This document shows, in pieces, positions 1-9,803 of a stretch of 64,000 nucleotides of DNA (positions are counted from its first letter, which is position 1; every line of letters starts with the position of its first letter). Source of the stretch: a bacterium (GTDB lineage Bacteria > UBA8248); assembly GCA_965202625.1 (NCBI GenBank), contig CBDBBI010000010.1:1248001-1312000 (forward strand), read 5' to 3'. Below the pieces are notes generated by a model. It had not been told where the DNA came from. It did no database searches and worked only from the letters and a program-made list of their open reading frames with translations. A program made the translations under genes and the position numbers.

Positions 1-934
1 CGCCCGCCACCACGCGCGTCGTGCAGATGGAGCCCGGCCCGACGCCCACCTTGACCGCGTCCGCACCGCGGGAGATGAGGTCGCGCGTCCCCTCGGCAGT
101 GGCCACGTTGCCGGCCAGGACATTCACGTCCGGCCAGTCGTTCTTTATCTCCTCCACCGCCTTCAACACCCGCTCGGAATGGGCGTGGGCACTGTCGACG
201 ACGAGGAGGTCCGCCCCTGCGTCCCTGAGCGCCGAGACGCGCTCGCGCGTGTCCGCGGAGACGCCGACCGCCGCCGCCACCCGCAGACGGCCGAAGGCAT
301 CCTTGGACGACTTCGGATAGCGGCGCACCTTCTCGATGTCCTTGAGGGTGATGAGGCCCTTGAGGTGGAAGCCGTCGTCCACGACGAGGAGCTTCTCGAT
401 GCGGTGCTCATGCAGCATCCCCTTGCTCTCATCGAGCGTCGTTCCTTCCGGCGCGGTGACCAGCCTCTCCTTCGTCATCAGCTCCGAGACGGGCCTCTCC
501 AGGTTCGTCTCGAAGCGCACGTCGCGGTTCGTGAGAATGCCGACCAGCCGCCCCTCCTCGGTGATGGGCACGCCCGAGATGTGGTAGGTCTCCATGACCT
601 CGAACGCCTCGCGTATCCTCTGGTGGGGGCGCATCGTGATGGGCTGGGTGACCATCCCGCTCTCAGAGCGCTTGACGCGGTCCACCTCGGCCGCCTGACG
701 CTCGATGGACATGCCGCGATGCACCACGCCCAGTCCGCCCTGCTGGGCGAGTGCGATCGCCAGGCCCGATTCCGTCACCGTGTCCATGGCCGCGCTCAAG
801 ACGGGAATGCCGAGCTCCAGCTCCCCGCACAAGAGCGTGGTGAGGTCCACGTCCTTGGGAAGCACGTCCGAGCGCGCCGGCAGGAGCATCACGTCGTCAA
901 AGGTGTAGGCTTCCTCTAGTGGAGTGTTGAGCAT
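1..934 (-). CDS. guaB: IMP dehydrogenase (5' part; runs off the window edge)
   Basis: Not in the ORF track because it has no stop in the window. Manual translation from ATG at 934 gives [26 protein letters not shown]...[13 protein letters not shown]..., and the window edge reads [18 protein letters not shown] (catalytic Cys loop). AAGGGAG RBS upstream. Confidence 0.97.
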   Translation of the reverse strand, partial: MLNTPLEEAYTFDDVMLLPARSDVLPKDVDLTTLLCGELELGIPVLSAAMDTVTESGLAIALAQQGGLGVVHRGMSIERQAAEVDRVKRSESGMVTQPITMRPHQRIREAFEVMETYHISGVPITEEGRLVGILTNRDVRFETNLERPVSELMTKERLVTAPEGTTLDESKGMLHEHRIEKLLVVDDGFHLKGLITLKDIEKVRRYPKSSKDAFGRLRVAAAVGVSADTRERVSALRDAGADLLVVDSAHAHSERVLKAVEEIKNDWPDVNVLAGNVATAEGTRDLISRGADAVKVGVGPGSICTTRVVAG

Positions 935-1246
935 CTTCGTGAGCGACTCCCTTGAACGAGAGAAACGAAAAACACGCCTCTGGATTTCCTGCGCGGAAAC
1001 GATGAGGATGAGAAAACGCCCGCCACCATTGCGCCATGAAGGGACAAGAGTGAGCGGGCGTATCGGGCACCTCCCCAGTCATCGGCGGCCGATGGCGTTC
1101 GCAAGAAGTGGAAAGGAAAAGGCGCCTCTCAAGGGATGGGCATGAGAAGCCCGCCTTGATGGACCATTCTTCTCGCCTCTCCAGTATCCTGCGCGCGCCC
1201 GAAGGCGTCAAGGGCGCGCGCGCCTCCGGCCCGGGCGGAAACCGGC

Positions 1247-3067
1247 TCAGGTTCGCAAAAAGCGGCTTCTCACGAGGCCGGCGCCCAGCACCAGCATGAC
1301 GGGACGCCCATGCGGGCAAGTCCACCTGCCCGGCGCTCTTTCCAGCTCCTCGACCAGGGCGGCCGCCTCTTCTGGACGCATGGGCCGAGCGGCCTTCACG
1401 GCGCCCCGACAGCTCATGCGCGCGATGATGCCGTCAATCAGGTCGGCGAAGCTCACGGGACGCTCCAGGTCCACCAGTCCCTCGACGATCTGGCGCGCCG
1501 CTCCCGCAGGGTCCCTGTCCGCCAGAAGCGCCGGCACGGCCCGAACCTCGTATTCCCCCGGACCGGCGCTCTCCAGCTCGAAACCGGCGCGCAGCAGATC
1601 CCCGCGATGCGCCTCAAGGCTCAGCGCTTCCTCGGGCCGCAGGCGGACGACTTCGGGCACGAGGCACGCCTGGCTCTCCACGCTCCCCTTCCGGAACTGA
1701 TCGCGAAACCGGTTGTAGAGCACCCGCTCATGGGCGGCGTGCTGATCCACGAGCACCAGCCCCTGCGGGGAGGCGAACAGCAGAAAGCACCCCTCCCATT
1801 GGCCGAGGTAGCGACACTCGGAGAGAACGACGGGGTCGGCCGGATGGGGCGGCTCGAGGAGGCGCTCAAGCGGCGCGCCCCGCGCTTCGGCGGGGACGTG
1901 GACAGACGGCTCAGGTGCGGACGCAGCCTGCTCTGGGCAGCCATCGCCCCCGAAGTATCCGCCTCCGCCCACAAGGGAGGGGCCCGATGGCCGGAGCGCG
2001 GCGATGCGCGCCGCCTCTCGCATCGGTGCGGTGCCCTGAGCGACGAAAGCCCGCCGCCTTTCCGGAGGTCTGGCGCCCAGAACGGCGGAGACGCTATCGC
2101 GCACCAGATCATATACGCTGGAGGCGAAGCGGAAGCGCACCTCCTGCTTGGCGGGATGGACGTTCACGTCCACGTCCTCGGGCGGCATCTCCAGAAACAG
2201 GATGAACACGGGGTGGCGCTTCACCGGCATGAAGCTGCGGTAGGCCGCATACACCGCGTGGACGAAGAGGCGGTCCCGAATAGGACGTCCGTTCACGAAG
2301 AGATACTGCGCGTCTCGGGTGGAACGGTTCAGGCTGGGAGCACCCGCCCAGCCGCTGAACGTCATCCTCCCCGATGCGGCGGGCGGAATCTCTATCAAAT
2401 GAGAGACCGCCGCCTCGCCCACGAGCTGCGACGCGCGGACGAGCCTCTCTCCAGAGACGTCGAGGTCGAGCAGCACCTTTTTCCCGTGGCGCATGACGAA
2501 CGCGACGCTCGGGTTCGCCATGGCCGCCTGGTTCGCCACCTCCAGACAACGGGCGAGCTCGGTCTCCCTCCTCTTGAGGAACTTTCGCCGCGCCGGCAGG
2601 TTGTAGAACATCGCGCGCGCCTCGACTCTGGTGCCGAGTGCCGTGCCCATCTCGGTGACGCGCTGCAGTTTTCCGCCCTCGATGCGCACCTCCGTCCCCA
2701 GGGCGTCATCCGGCCTTCTGGTGGTGATCGCCATCTTGGATACCGCGGCGATGCTCGGCAGCGCCTCCCCCCTGAAGCCCAGAGTGGAGACGCGGGCCAG
2801 GTCCGCATTCGTCGTGATTTTGCTCGTCGCGTGGCGCTCAAGACACAAAAGCGCATCGTCCTCGCCCATGCCGTGCCCGTCGTCGACCACCTGAATCCGC
2901 GCGGCGCCCCCCGATTCGAGGTCGATCGCCACCCGCGTGGCGCCCGCGTCGATGCTGTTCTCCACCAACTCCTTGAGGGCGGAGGCGGGACGCTGCACCA
3001 CCTCGCCCGCGGCGATCTGGTTTGCGAGCGACTCCGGCAGGATGCGTATGCGGGATTGTTCTCTCAT
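1247..3067 (-). CDS. mutL: DNA mismatch repair endonuclease MutL
   Basis: ANQIAAGEVVQRPASALKELVENSIDAGA, GFRGEAL, DVNVHPAKQEVRF, and C-terminal endonuclease motifs DQHAAHER and CPHGRP. Start set at ATG 3067. Confidence 0.98.
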   Translation of the reverse strand: MREQSRIRILPESLANQIAAGEVVQRPASALKELVENSIDAGATRVAIDLESGGAARIQVVDDGHGMGEDDALLCLERHATSKITTNADLARVSTLGFRGEALPSIAAVSKMAITTRRPDDALGTEVRIEGGKLQRVTEMGTALGTRVEARAMFYNLPARRKFLKRRETELARCLEVANQAAMANPSVAFVMRHGKKVLLDLDVSGERLVRASQLVGEAAVSHLIEIPPAASGRMTFSGWAGAPSLNRSTRDAQYLFVNGRPIRDRLFVHAVYAAYRSFMPVKRHPVFILFLEMPPEDVDVNVHPAKQEVRFRFASSVYDLVRDSVSAVLGARPPERRRAFVAQGTAPMREAARIAALRPSGPSLVGGGGYFGGDGCPEQAASAPEPSVHVPAEARGAPLERLLEPPHPADPVVLSECRYLGQWEGCFLLFASPQGLVLVDQHAAHERVLYNRFRDQFRKGSVESQACLVPEVVRLRPEEALSLEAHRGDLLRAGFELESAGPGEYEVRAVPALLADRDPAGAARQIVEGLVDLERPVSFADLIDGIIARMSCRGAVKAARPMRPEEAAALVEELERAPGRWTCPHGRPVMLVLGAGLVRSRFLRT

Positions 3068-3254
3068 GGAATTTCCTCGCGTATGGGCCCAAGGGCGCAC
3101 TTTCTCCCCTATCGAGGGGCATGTCAAGAGAAAACACAACATATTGCGCCCTTGATCGCCTGATTACTCCATATCATGCAATATTTTCTCTGCTCCGCCT
3201 CTCTTCAGAATGCGGACGACAGGACGCAGGAGGCGCCCCGATATCAGGGCGGCT

Positions 3255-4013
3255 TTATGGTTGTTTTTTCGGGTCGCGCCAGACGGGAAGAAACAGCTTG
3301 TGGATGTGCTTGGTCAGCCGGTGACACTCGGGCAGGCCGAGATGTTCTTCCTGTTCCTTCAGGGCTTCGTCCCAACCGGCTTCCGACTGTGGGCAATCCT
3401 TCTCCTGCCAGGGCCAGGCGTCGCCGCAGAAATAGATGAGGAGGAGACGCGCTTTCACGTCGTTCTTATCAAGGTGATGCAAAACGGCGAGACGGTTGGC
3501 GTATTGATAGTATTTCGTCAGCCAATCGGCCGTTTGCTGAACTTTCAGATCGCCCTTGACCTTCTCAAAAACGTTTTTGATCTGTTTGATCGAGTCTGAA
3601 TCCCTCGCTCCGCAATTGGACTTGAGTTCCCCGGTGTGGCTCTTCGCCTCGACCAGTAGCCATTCCCACTCTCCACCAACCTGAATCTGGCCGACCGCGT
3701 CCCAGTTCATCACGCCGCTTCCGTGCGGCCAGCGCTTCTTCCAGGCATCCAAGACGTCGCGGTGTTTCTCGGGTGGAGTGCTGGGTTTCTCAAGCAGGAA
3801 ATCAAGGCTCTCCCACTCCGCGTCGGGCCAGCGGCCTTTACGGTGAGAACTTGCAAAAGGGAAATCGAGCCAACGCACATCACTCGCCGATGCCACCTTA
3901 CAACGGATCAAGCAATCACGGATCAAGCAATCGAGACGCTCTCGATGCCTTCCGAGATAACGCAGGAGATGACACTCGCTGCCGTAGCCGTTTCCAAATT
4001 TCGCGTTCGCCAT
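3255..4013 (-). CDS. Hypothetical protein, PD-(D/E)xK nuclease-like
   Basis: Likely start MANAKFGNGYGSECHLLRYLGRH after a G-rich RBS. Contains NWDAVG...WLLVEAKSH and YYQYANRLAVL. Lower GC than neighbours. Confidence 0.7.
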   Translation of the reverse strand: MANAKFGNGYGSECHLLRYLGRHRERLDCLIRDCLIRCKVASASDVRWLDFPFASSHRKGRWPDAEWESLDFLLEKPSTPPEKHRDVLDAWKKRWPHGSGVMNWDAVGQIQVGGEWEWLLVEAKSHTGELKSNCGARDSDSIKQIKNVFEKVKGDLKVQQTADWLTKYYQYANRLAVLHHLDKNDVKARLLLIYFCGDAWPWQEKDCPQSEAGWDEALKEQEEHLGLPECHRLTKHIHKLFLPVWRDPKKQP

Positions 4014-4196
4014 CTCGTCTCCCCCGAACCAATTCCCGCGTTCGCTCCGCCGCCAAGAGCAGTTCATATCATATCTCCGGCCCGTTCGCATTTCATCACT
4101 CCGCATCACGCGGCTCTCCTCCAGAGGATCGTTGCCCGCTCTGGGGCGTTGCGCATATACTGCGCGGATAGTGATTCCCGAAGCGTGAGGCCCGCC

Positions 4197-5006
4197 TTGA
4201 GTGATGAGAAAAGCGGTTTTGAGCGCGCGGTGGAGGTCATGGCCCGCCTGAGAGCACCCGACGGCTGCCCCTGGGACAGAGAGCAGGATCACCACGCCCT
4301 GAAGCCCTACCTCATCGAGGAAGCCTACGAGGTGATGGAGGCGATAGAGACGGGCGACCCCGAAACGCTCAAGGAGGAATTGGGCGACCTTCTGCTCCAG
4401 GTGCTCTTCCACTGCCAGCTGGCGAAGGAGAGGGGACTCTTCGACGCGGAGGAGACTGCCCACGCTCTCGCGCGAAAGATGATCGCCCGCCACCCCCACG
4501 TATTCCAGAACGCCCGTGCTGAGAACAGCCGCGAGGTGCTCCGCAACTGGGAGATCAGCAAGAGAGACGCCCGCACGCAGGAGGAGAGCGGCGACGCGTC
4601 CATTCTCGACGGCGTGCCCTCGGCCATGCCCGCCCTCCAGCGCGCCCAGAGACTTCAGGGGAAGGCGTCGCGCGTGGGCTTCGACTGGCCGGACGCGGCC
4701 GGGGCGGCGGAGAAGGTGGAGGAGGAATGGAGGGAACTCCAAGGAGCGATGCGAAAGGGGGATTCAAGGGCGGTGGAGGATGAGATGGGCGATTTTCTTT
4801 TCGCGGCGGTGAACCTCTCCCGAAAGCTGGGCGTGAACGCCGAGGGGGCGACGCGCGCCTGCATCGCCCGCTTCATCGCGCGCTTCCACTATATGGAGAA
4901 ATCACTGCGCACCCAGGGACTCTCTCCGGAAGACGCGCCGCTCGACGCCCTTGAGACGCTCTGGAGCGAAGCGAAAAACGCCGAGACGGACGGGAGCGGC
5001 CCATGA
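4197..5006 (+). CDS. mazG: Nucleoside triphosphate pyrophosphohydrolase MazG (tandem domain)
   Basis: LRAPDGCPWDREQ, EEAYEV, EELGDLLLQV, RHPHVF, GFDW, EDEMGDFLFAAVN. The TTG start at 4197 is inferred. Confidence 0.95.
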   Translation: MSDEKSGFERAVEVMARLRAPDGCPWDREQDHHALKPYLIEEAYEVMEAIETGDPETLKEELGDLLLQVLFHCQLAKERGLFDAEETAHALARKMIARHPHVFQNARAENSREVLRNWEISKRDARTQEESGDASILDGVPSAMPALQRAQRLQGKASRVGFDWPDAAGAAEKVEEEWRELQGAMRKGDSRAVEDEMGDFLFAAVNLSRKLGVNAEGATRACIARFIARFHYMEKSLRTQGLSPEDAPLDALETLWSEAKNAETDGSGP

Positions 5007-5082
5007 TTCTCGCCAGAACGCGAATATACCCCCGCCCGATGCGCCATTCTTCCGCCTCCGCACAGACGCCCGAAGTCGCCCC

Positions 5083-7560
5083 ATGACGCGCAAGCCCGGC
5101 GCGCATCGCCCCAGAAAAGCCCCCCCCCGTGCGGGGTTGTTTCAGTATGACGGCGGCGAGCTGACCGGGGCGGTGGAGCGCATCCGCTTTCGCGCGGAGG
5201 ACACGGGCTACAGCGTCTTGCTCGTCCAGCCGGACAACGCGGATTTCCCGCGCGTGGCCGTGGTGGGACCTCTCTCGTCCATTCGGGAGGGGGAGCGCGT
5301 GCGGTTCCAGGGCCGCTGGCGGGATCATCCCCGGTTCGGTCGCCAGTTCCACGCGGAGCGCGCAAGCCCCTTGCCGCCCACGACGGTCGAGGGAATCGAA
5401 AAATACCTGGCCTCCGGCATAGTCAAGAACATCGGCCCCGTCCTCGCAAAGCGCATCGTGGCGCGCTTCGGCGATAAAGCACTCGACGTGCTCGACAACC
5501 ACCCCGAACGCCTCACGCAAGTGAGCGGCCTGAGCGAGAAGAAGCTGGCGGCGATCGTCGAAAGCTGGAAGAGCCAGAGCGAGGTCAAGGAGCTCATGCT
5601 CTTCCTTCAGCAATACGACGTCCCCCTCCACATGTCGGAGAAGATTCTCAGAACCTATGGCGACGCCTCCATCCAGGTTCTGCGCGAGGACCCCTACCGC
5701 CTGGCGGCGGACATTCACGGGGTGGGCTTTCGCAGCGCAGACGACATCGCCCAGAGGCTGGGGATTCCCGCGGACTCGCCCAAGCGGCTGGCGGCGGGCG
5801 CGGTCTATGTTCTCAACCAGTGCGCCGAGCGCGAAGGCCACGTATTCCTGCCCTATGGGGATCTCCTCGACACCGCAGCCGAAATGCTCGAGGCGGAGCG
5901 GGAGGCCCTTCTCCCCGCCCTGGATGATCTGGGAAAGGGCGGTTCCGTGATGATCGAATCGGCGAACAAGACGGAAAACCTCTCCTCGACCGCGCACAAG
6001 CGCGTCTATACGCACCCCCTGTATGCCGCGGAATGCGAGGTCGCCCGCCGCCTCGCCGCCCTCGTTCAGGTCCCGCGCGACGAGGCGCGCCTGGAGGCCG
6101 CCATACGGGGCCAGGCCGCGCGCGGAGCCACGACGAAGGAGCGTCTGGGCCACCTCGCCCGCCGCTCCCTCAAGGGCGGAATGGCCACCCGGGATCAGAG
6201 CGCGGCCATTGAGGGTGCGCTCACGCAAAAAGTGCTCATCGTGACGGGAGGCCCCGGTACCGGAAAGACGACCATCGTGCGTGCCGTCACCAGCCTCTAC
6301 CAGAAGATCGGCCTGGAGGTCGTCCTGGGTGCGCCCACCGGCCGGGCGGCCAAACGCCTCTCGGAGGTCACCGGCCACGAGGCGGCCACCATCCACCGCC
6401 TGCTGGAGTTCAGCTGGCATTCGGGCGGATTTCTGCGCGACGCGCAAAACCCGCTGACGGGAGACGTCGTGATCATCGACGAGGCCTCCATGCTCGACCT
6501 GCAGCTGACGGCTCACCTCCTGCTCGCGGTGCCGGACGCGGCGACCTTCATCTTGGTGGGCGACGTGGATCAGCTCCCCTCGGTGGGACCGGGAAACGTC
6601 CTGAGCGACGCCATCGCGTCAGAAACCCTGCCCGTGGCGCGGCTCACGGAAGTCTTTCGCCAAGGTGAGGACAGCCTGATCGTCGAAAACGCCCACCGCG
6701 TGAACCGGGGCGAGATGCCAAGGGAGGGAAAATACGAGAGGGAGGGCGCGCCGCTCGACTATTATTTCATCGAGGAAACCGAGGCGGAGCAATGCGCGGA
6801 CCTCATCGTCGAACTCTGTCGAGAGCGCATTCCCGAGCGCTTCGGAATCGACCCCATCGCCGACATTCAAGTCATCTCCCCCATGCAGCGCGGCGCGCTG
6901 GGCGTGCAGAGCCTGAACGCGCGCCTACAAGAAGCCCTCAACCCCGCAGGGAGCGCCCCCGCCCTGCAGAGCGGGGGACGGACGTTTCGGGCAGGCGACA
7001 AGCTCATTCAGGTGAAAAACAACTATGAGAAGGACGTGTTCAACGGCGACATCGGCGTCGCCCGAAGCGTGGCGCCCGAGGCCGGAAGCATTCGCGTGGC
7101 GTTCGATTCCAGCGTCGTCGAATACGCGCGCGGCGCCCTGGACGAGGTGATGCACGCCTACGCCATCACCGTCCACAAGAGCCAGGGGAGCGAATATCCC
7201 GCCGTCGTCATACCGCTTCACACCCAGCATTACCCCATGCTGCAAAGAAATCTGGTCTATACCGCGCTCACGCGGGCGAAGCGCCTCGTGGTGCTGGTCG
7301 GCGCGAAAAAAGCCTTGGGGATGGCGATAGGAAACGCCCGCGTGCGGAGGCGATGGAGCGGCTTGCCCGAGAGAATCCGCCGCGAGGCACACCTCGCCCC
7401 TCTCGTCACGAAGGCGCCCGCCTCTCCGCAGGAAGCGGAGGATGAGGCGCAATTCACGGAAGAAGCCCCGCCGGATTCGCTCTACGAGGCCGAATCATCC
7501 GAGTACGTTGACGACGCCCCGCCCTCAAAAGAACTCACCTACCACCCGGTGGAGGAGTAG
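5083..7560 (+). CDS. recD2: ATP-dependent RecD-like (RecD2) SF1B DNA helicase
   Basis: N-terminal HPRFGRQF and HhH region, Walker A GGPGTGKTT, IIDEASM, GDVDQLPSVGPG, YAITVHKSQGSEY, YTALTRAK; acidic C-terminal tail. Confidence 0.95.
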   Translation: MTRKPGAHRPRKAPPRAGLFQYDGGELTGAVERIRFRAEDTGYSVLLVQPDNADFPRVAVVGPLSSIREGERVRFQGRWRDHPRFGRQFHAERASPLPPTTVEGIEKYLASGIVKNIGPVLAKRIVARFGDKALDVLDNHPERLTQVSGLSEKKLAAIVESWKSQSEVKELMLFLQQYDVPLHMSEKILRTYGDASIQVLREDPYRLAADIHGVGFRSADDIAQRLGIPADSPKRLAAGAVYVLNQCAEREGHVFLPYGDLLDTAAEMLEAEREALLPALDDLGKGGSVMIESANKTENLSSTAHKRVYTHPLYAAECEVARRLAALVQVPRDEARLEAAIRGQAARGATTKERLGHLARRSLKGGMATRDQSAAIEGALTQKVLIVTGGPGTGKTTIVRAVTSLYQKIGLEVVLGAPTGRAAKRLSEVTGHEAATIHRLLEFSWHSGGFLRDAQNPLTGDVVIIDEASMLDLQLTAHLLLAVPDAATFILVGDVDQLPSVGPGNVLSDAIASETLPVARLTEVFRQGEDSLIVENAHRVNRGEMPREGKYEREGAPLDYYFIEETEAEQCADLIVELCRERIPERFGIDPIADIQVISPMQRGALGVQSLNARLQEALNPAGSAPALQSGGRTFRAGDKLIQVKNNYEKDVFNGDIGVARSVAPEAGSIRVAFDSSVVEYARGALDEVMHAYAITVHKSQGSEYPAVVIPLHTQHYPMLQRNLVYTALTRAKRLVVLVGAKKALGMAIGNARVRRRWSGLPERIRREAHLAPLVTKAPASPQEAEDEAQFTEEAPPDSLYEAESSEYVDDAPPSKELTYHPVEE

Positions 7561-7821
7561 AGGCGAGGGCCGCTTGCGGATTATCGTCCCGCCTGCGCGT
7601 TGGAAGGAAAACCAGAATCGCCTCTTTGCGGGCGCGATAGCCCTTTTTCCTCCTTCAATCAACCCCTTCTTCCGGTTGGAGATTTTCCCAAACTATTTCT
7701 CCGCCCGTTCCGGCGCGCGTTTTGGAATTTCACCCATGAAACGAAGGCTTGGGCAAAAGCGAAAAATCACCACGCGGTGCTTCTCGCCTTCATGAAAAAC
7801 GGCGCGCGAGGGGCAGACGCC

Positions 7822-8859
7822 CTATGGCGTCAACACCACCTTCAGGGACTCCCCCGCCTGGGCGACGAGGCGAAAGCCCTCTTGCGCCTCCTCCAGCGGG
7901 AGTCTGTGGGTGATCATCTCCACTGTCTTGACCCGCCGGGCGCGAAGGAGGGCCATCGCTTCCCGCAGATCGAGCGGGGCCGCGCCATAGGTGGCGACGA
8001 CTCCGATCTGCTCGCTCCAGATTCTGTTCAAGTCCACCCGTGGGTGATAGTTCGGCGGCGTGGGAGCGAAAACCTGCAAGATTCCGCATGGTGCCACGCA
8101 CGCAAGTGCCGTCTCCAAAGCCTTTGGCGCACCCGCGCACAGGATGACGCGATCCGCCAGGCGGCCGTCGTTCGCCTCCCGCAACGCCTCCGCCGTCTCC
8201 TCGCATGAGGGCAGCGCGCGCGCCCCGAACCTCTCGGCGGCCTGGAGACGATAGGGATGGACGTCCGCAGCGAATACGGGTCCGGCGCCCAGGGCGGCGG
8301 CCGCCTGAACGTGCAGCAAACCGGACACCCCACTCCCTACCACGAGGACGGAGAGGCCCGGCGTCATCCTCAAACGCCGCCAGCCGCGCAGGACGCAGCC
8401 GAGCGGCTCGATGAACACGCCCTCATCGTCCGACGTCTCATCGGGCAGGCGAAACGTCCCGTTCCTCACGTTGATCGCGGGAATTCGAATGAATTCGGCA
8501 AAACCGCCCGGGTCGAAATTCGTGTGCTTGAGCGTCGCACAGGCCGTGTGCTCTCCGCGCACGCAAAGCGCACAGCGGTTGCACGGGACGTGATGGGTGA
8601 CGAAAACGCGATCCCCCGCCTGAAAATCCCCAGCCCCCTCGCCCGCCTCGGCGACCACGCCGACCACCTCATGGCCGAGCACGCGCGGCGCGCCCCGCAC
8701 CCGGTACCACTCCATGACGTCGCTGCCGCAGACGCCGCACGCACTGGTCTCGATCAGCAGCTCGCCGGACCGAGGCCGGGGTTTCGCCATCTCCTCTATG
8801 CGCACGTCGTCGTTTCGATAATAGACCGCCGCGCGCATGATCTCTCGCGTCTCCACCAT
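7822..8859 (-). CDS. Zinc-dependent medium-chain alcohol/polyol dehydrogenase
   Basis: CGVCGSD, GHE, structural-zinc CNRCALCVRGEHTAC, GSGVSG Rossmann motif. Confidence 0.92.
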   Translation of the reverse strand: MVETREIMRAAVYYRNDDVRIEEMAKPRPRSGELLIETSACGVCGSDVMEWYRVRGAPRVLGHEVVGVVAEAGEGAGDFQAGDRVFVTHHVPCNRCALCVRGEHTACATLKHTNFDPGGFAEFIRIPAINVRNGTFRLPDETSDDEGVFIEPLGCVLRGWRRLRMTPGLSVLVVGSGVSGLLHVQAAAALGAGPVFAADVHPYRLQAAERFGARALPSCEETAEALREANDGRLADRVILCAGAPKALETALACVAPCGILQVFAPTPPNYHPRVDLNRIWSEQIGVVATYGAAPLDLREAMALLRARRVKTVEMITHRLPLEEAQEGFRLVAQAGESLKVVLTP

Positions 8860-8906
8860 CCTTCAGCATTTTCTCAAGGGGGAGCGAACGCCGCACCCGC
8901 CAGAGA

Positions 8907-9803
8907 TCACTCCGCCGCGCGCGGGACCGCGCTCAAATCCTGGAACATCTCGTAGGCCGCCTCAGCCTCCAGGTCATCATGCACGACGCCGCGCACCGCC
9001 CGAATCATCTCGGCGGGATGCGCGCTCTGAAAGATGTTTCTGCCCATGTCCACGCCGGCCGCTCCGGCGTCCATCGCGCGGCGGCAAAACGAGAGCGCCT
9101 CGCGCTCGGGAACCTTTCTGCCTCCGGCGATTACGATGGGGACGAAGCAGCCGCGAACCACTTCCTCAAACCCCTCGCAAAAATAGGTCTTCACGACGTC
9201 CGCCCCATGTTCCGCCGCGATACGGGAGGCCAGCCCCAGGTAGCGCGCGTCGCGCTTCATCTCGCGCCCCACCGCCGTGATGCCCAAAACGAGCAGGCCC
9301 GCCCCCCTCCCCTCATCACTCAAGCGCGCCAGGTTCAGGATGGATTCCTTCTGATAGCGCGCCCCCACGTAGATGGAGGCGGAGACGCCCGCGACGCCCA
9401 GACGCTTCGCCTCCGTCGCCGATACGGTGACACCCTCGTTCGAGAGCTCTCGGTTCACGATTTCATCGGCGATGCGCTCGCGCAAGGCGTCCAGGGCCGC
9501 GACGTCCCCCATCCCCGCGCCCCGAACGCGCAGCTCGCGCTCGACCTCCACCGGATCGGAATAGACGATGGCGTTGCCGCCCGTGGCCCTCAGAATGACC
9601 GGCGTCTGGCTCTCAGGCGAAACGCAGTGGAGAAAACCGCCCTTCGTCGGGCTGATGGCGTCGCAGTAAGGGAGCAGGGGCTCCAGGGTTTTTCGGGGTT
9701 CTTCAAGGCCCGAGGCGGGACCCTGAAAATAGCCGTGGTCGACGGCCAGCATGACGACCCGCCTCGTCCGCGCGTTCAGAATCGCCTCAACGGCTTCAGG
9801 CAT
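8907..9803 (-). CDS. lsrF: Class I aldolase, LsrF/DhnA family (LsrF-like thiolase)
   Basis: MLAVDHGYFQGP, RIAAEHGADVVKTY (Schiff-base Lys), VPIVIAGG, GVDMGRNIFQS match the LsrF family. Confidence 0.85.
   Translation of the reverse strand: MPEAVEAILNARTRRVVMLAVDHGYFQGPASGLEEPRKTLEPLLPYCDAISPTKGGFLHCVSPESQTPVILRATGGNAIVYSDPVEVERELRVRGAGMGDVAALDALRERIADEIVNRELSNEGVTVSATEAKRLGVAGVSASIYVGARYQKESILNLARLSDEGRGAGLLVLGITAVGREMKRDARYLGLASRIAAEHGADVVKTYFCEGFEEVVRGCFVPIVIAGGRKVPEREALSFCRRAMDAGAAGVDMGRNIFQSAHPAEMIRAVRGVVHDDLEAEAAYEMFQDLSAVPRAAE

Noticed and set aside
1247-4013. The nuclease as a MutH analogue serving MutL
   Set aside because: This MutL has its own endonuclease motifs (DQHAAHER, CPHGRP), and the nuclease looks horizontally inserted.
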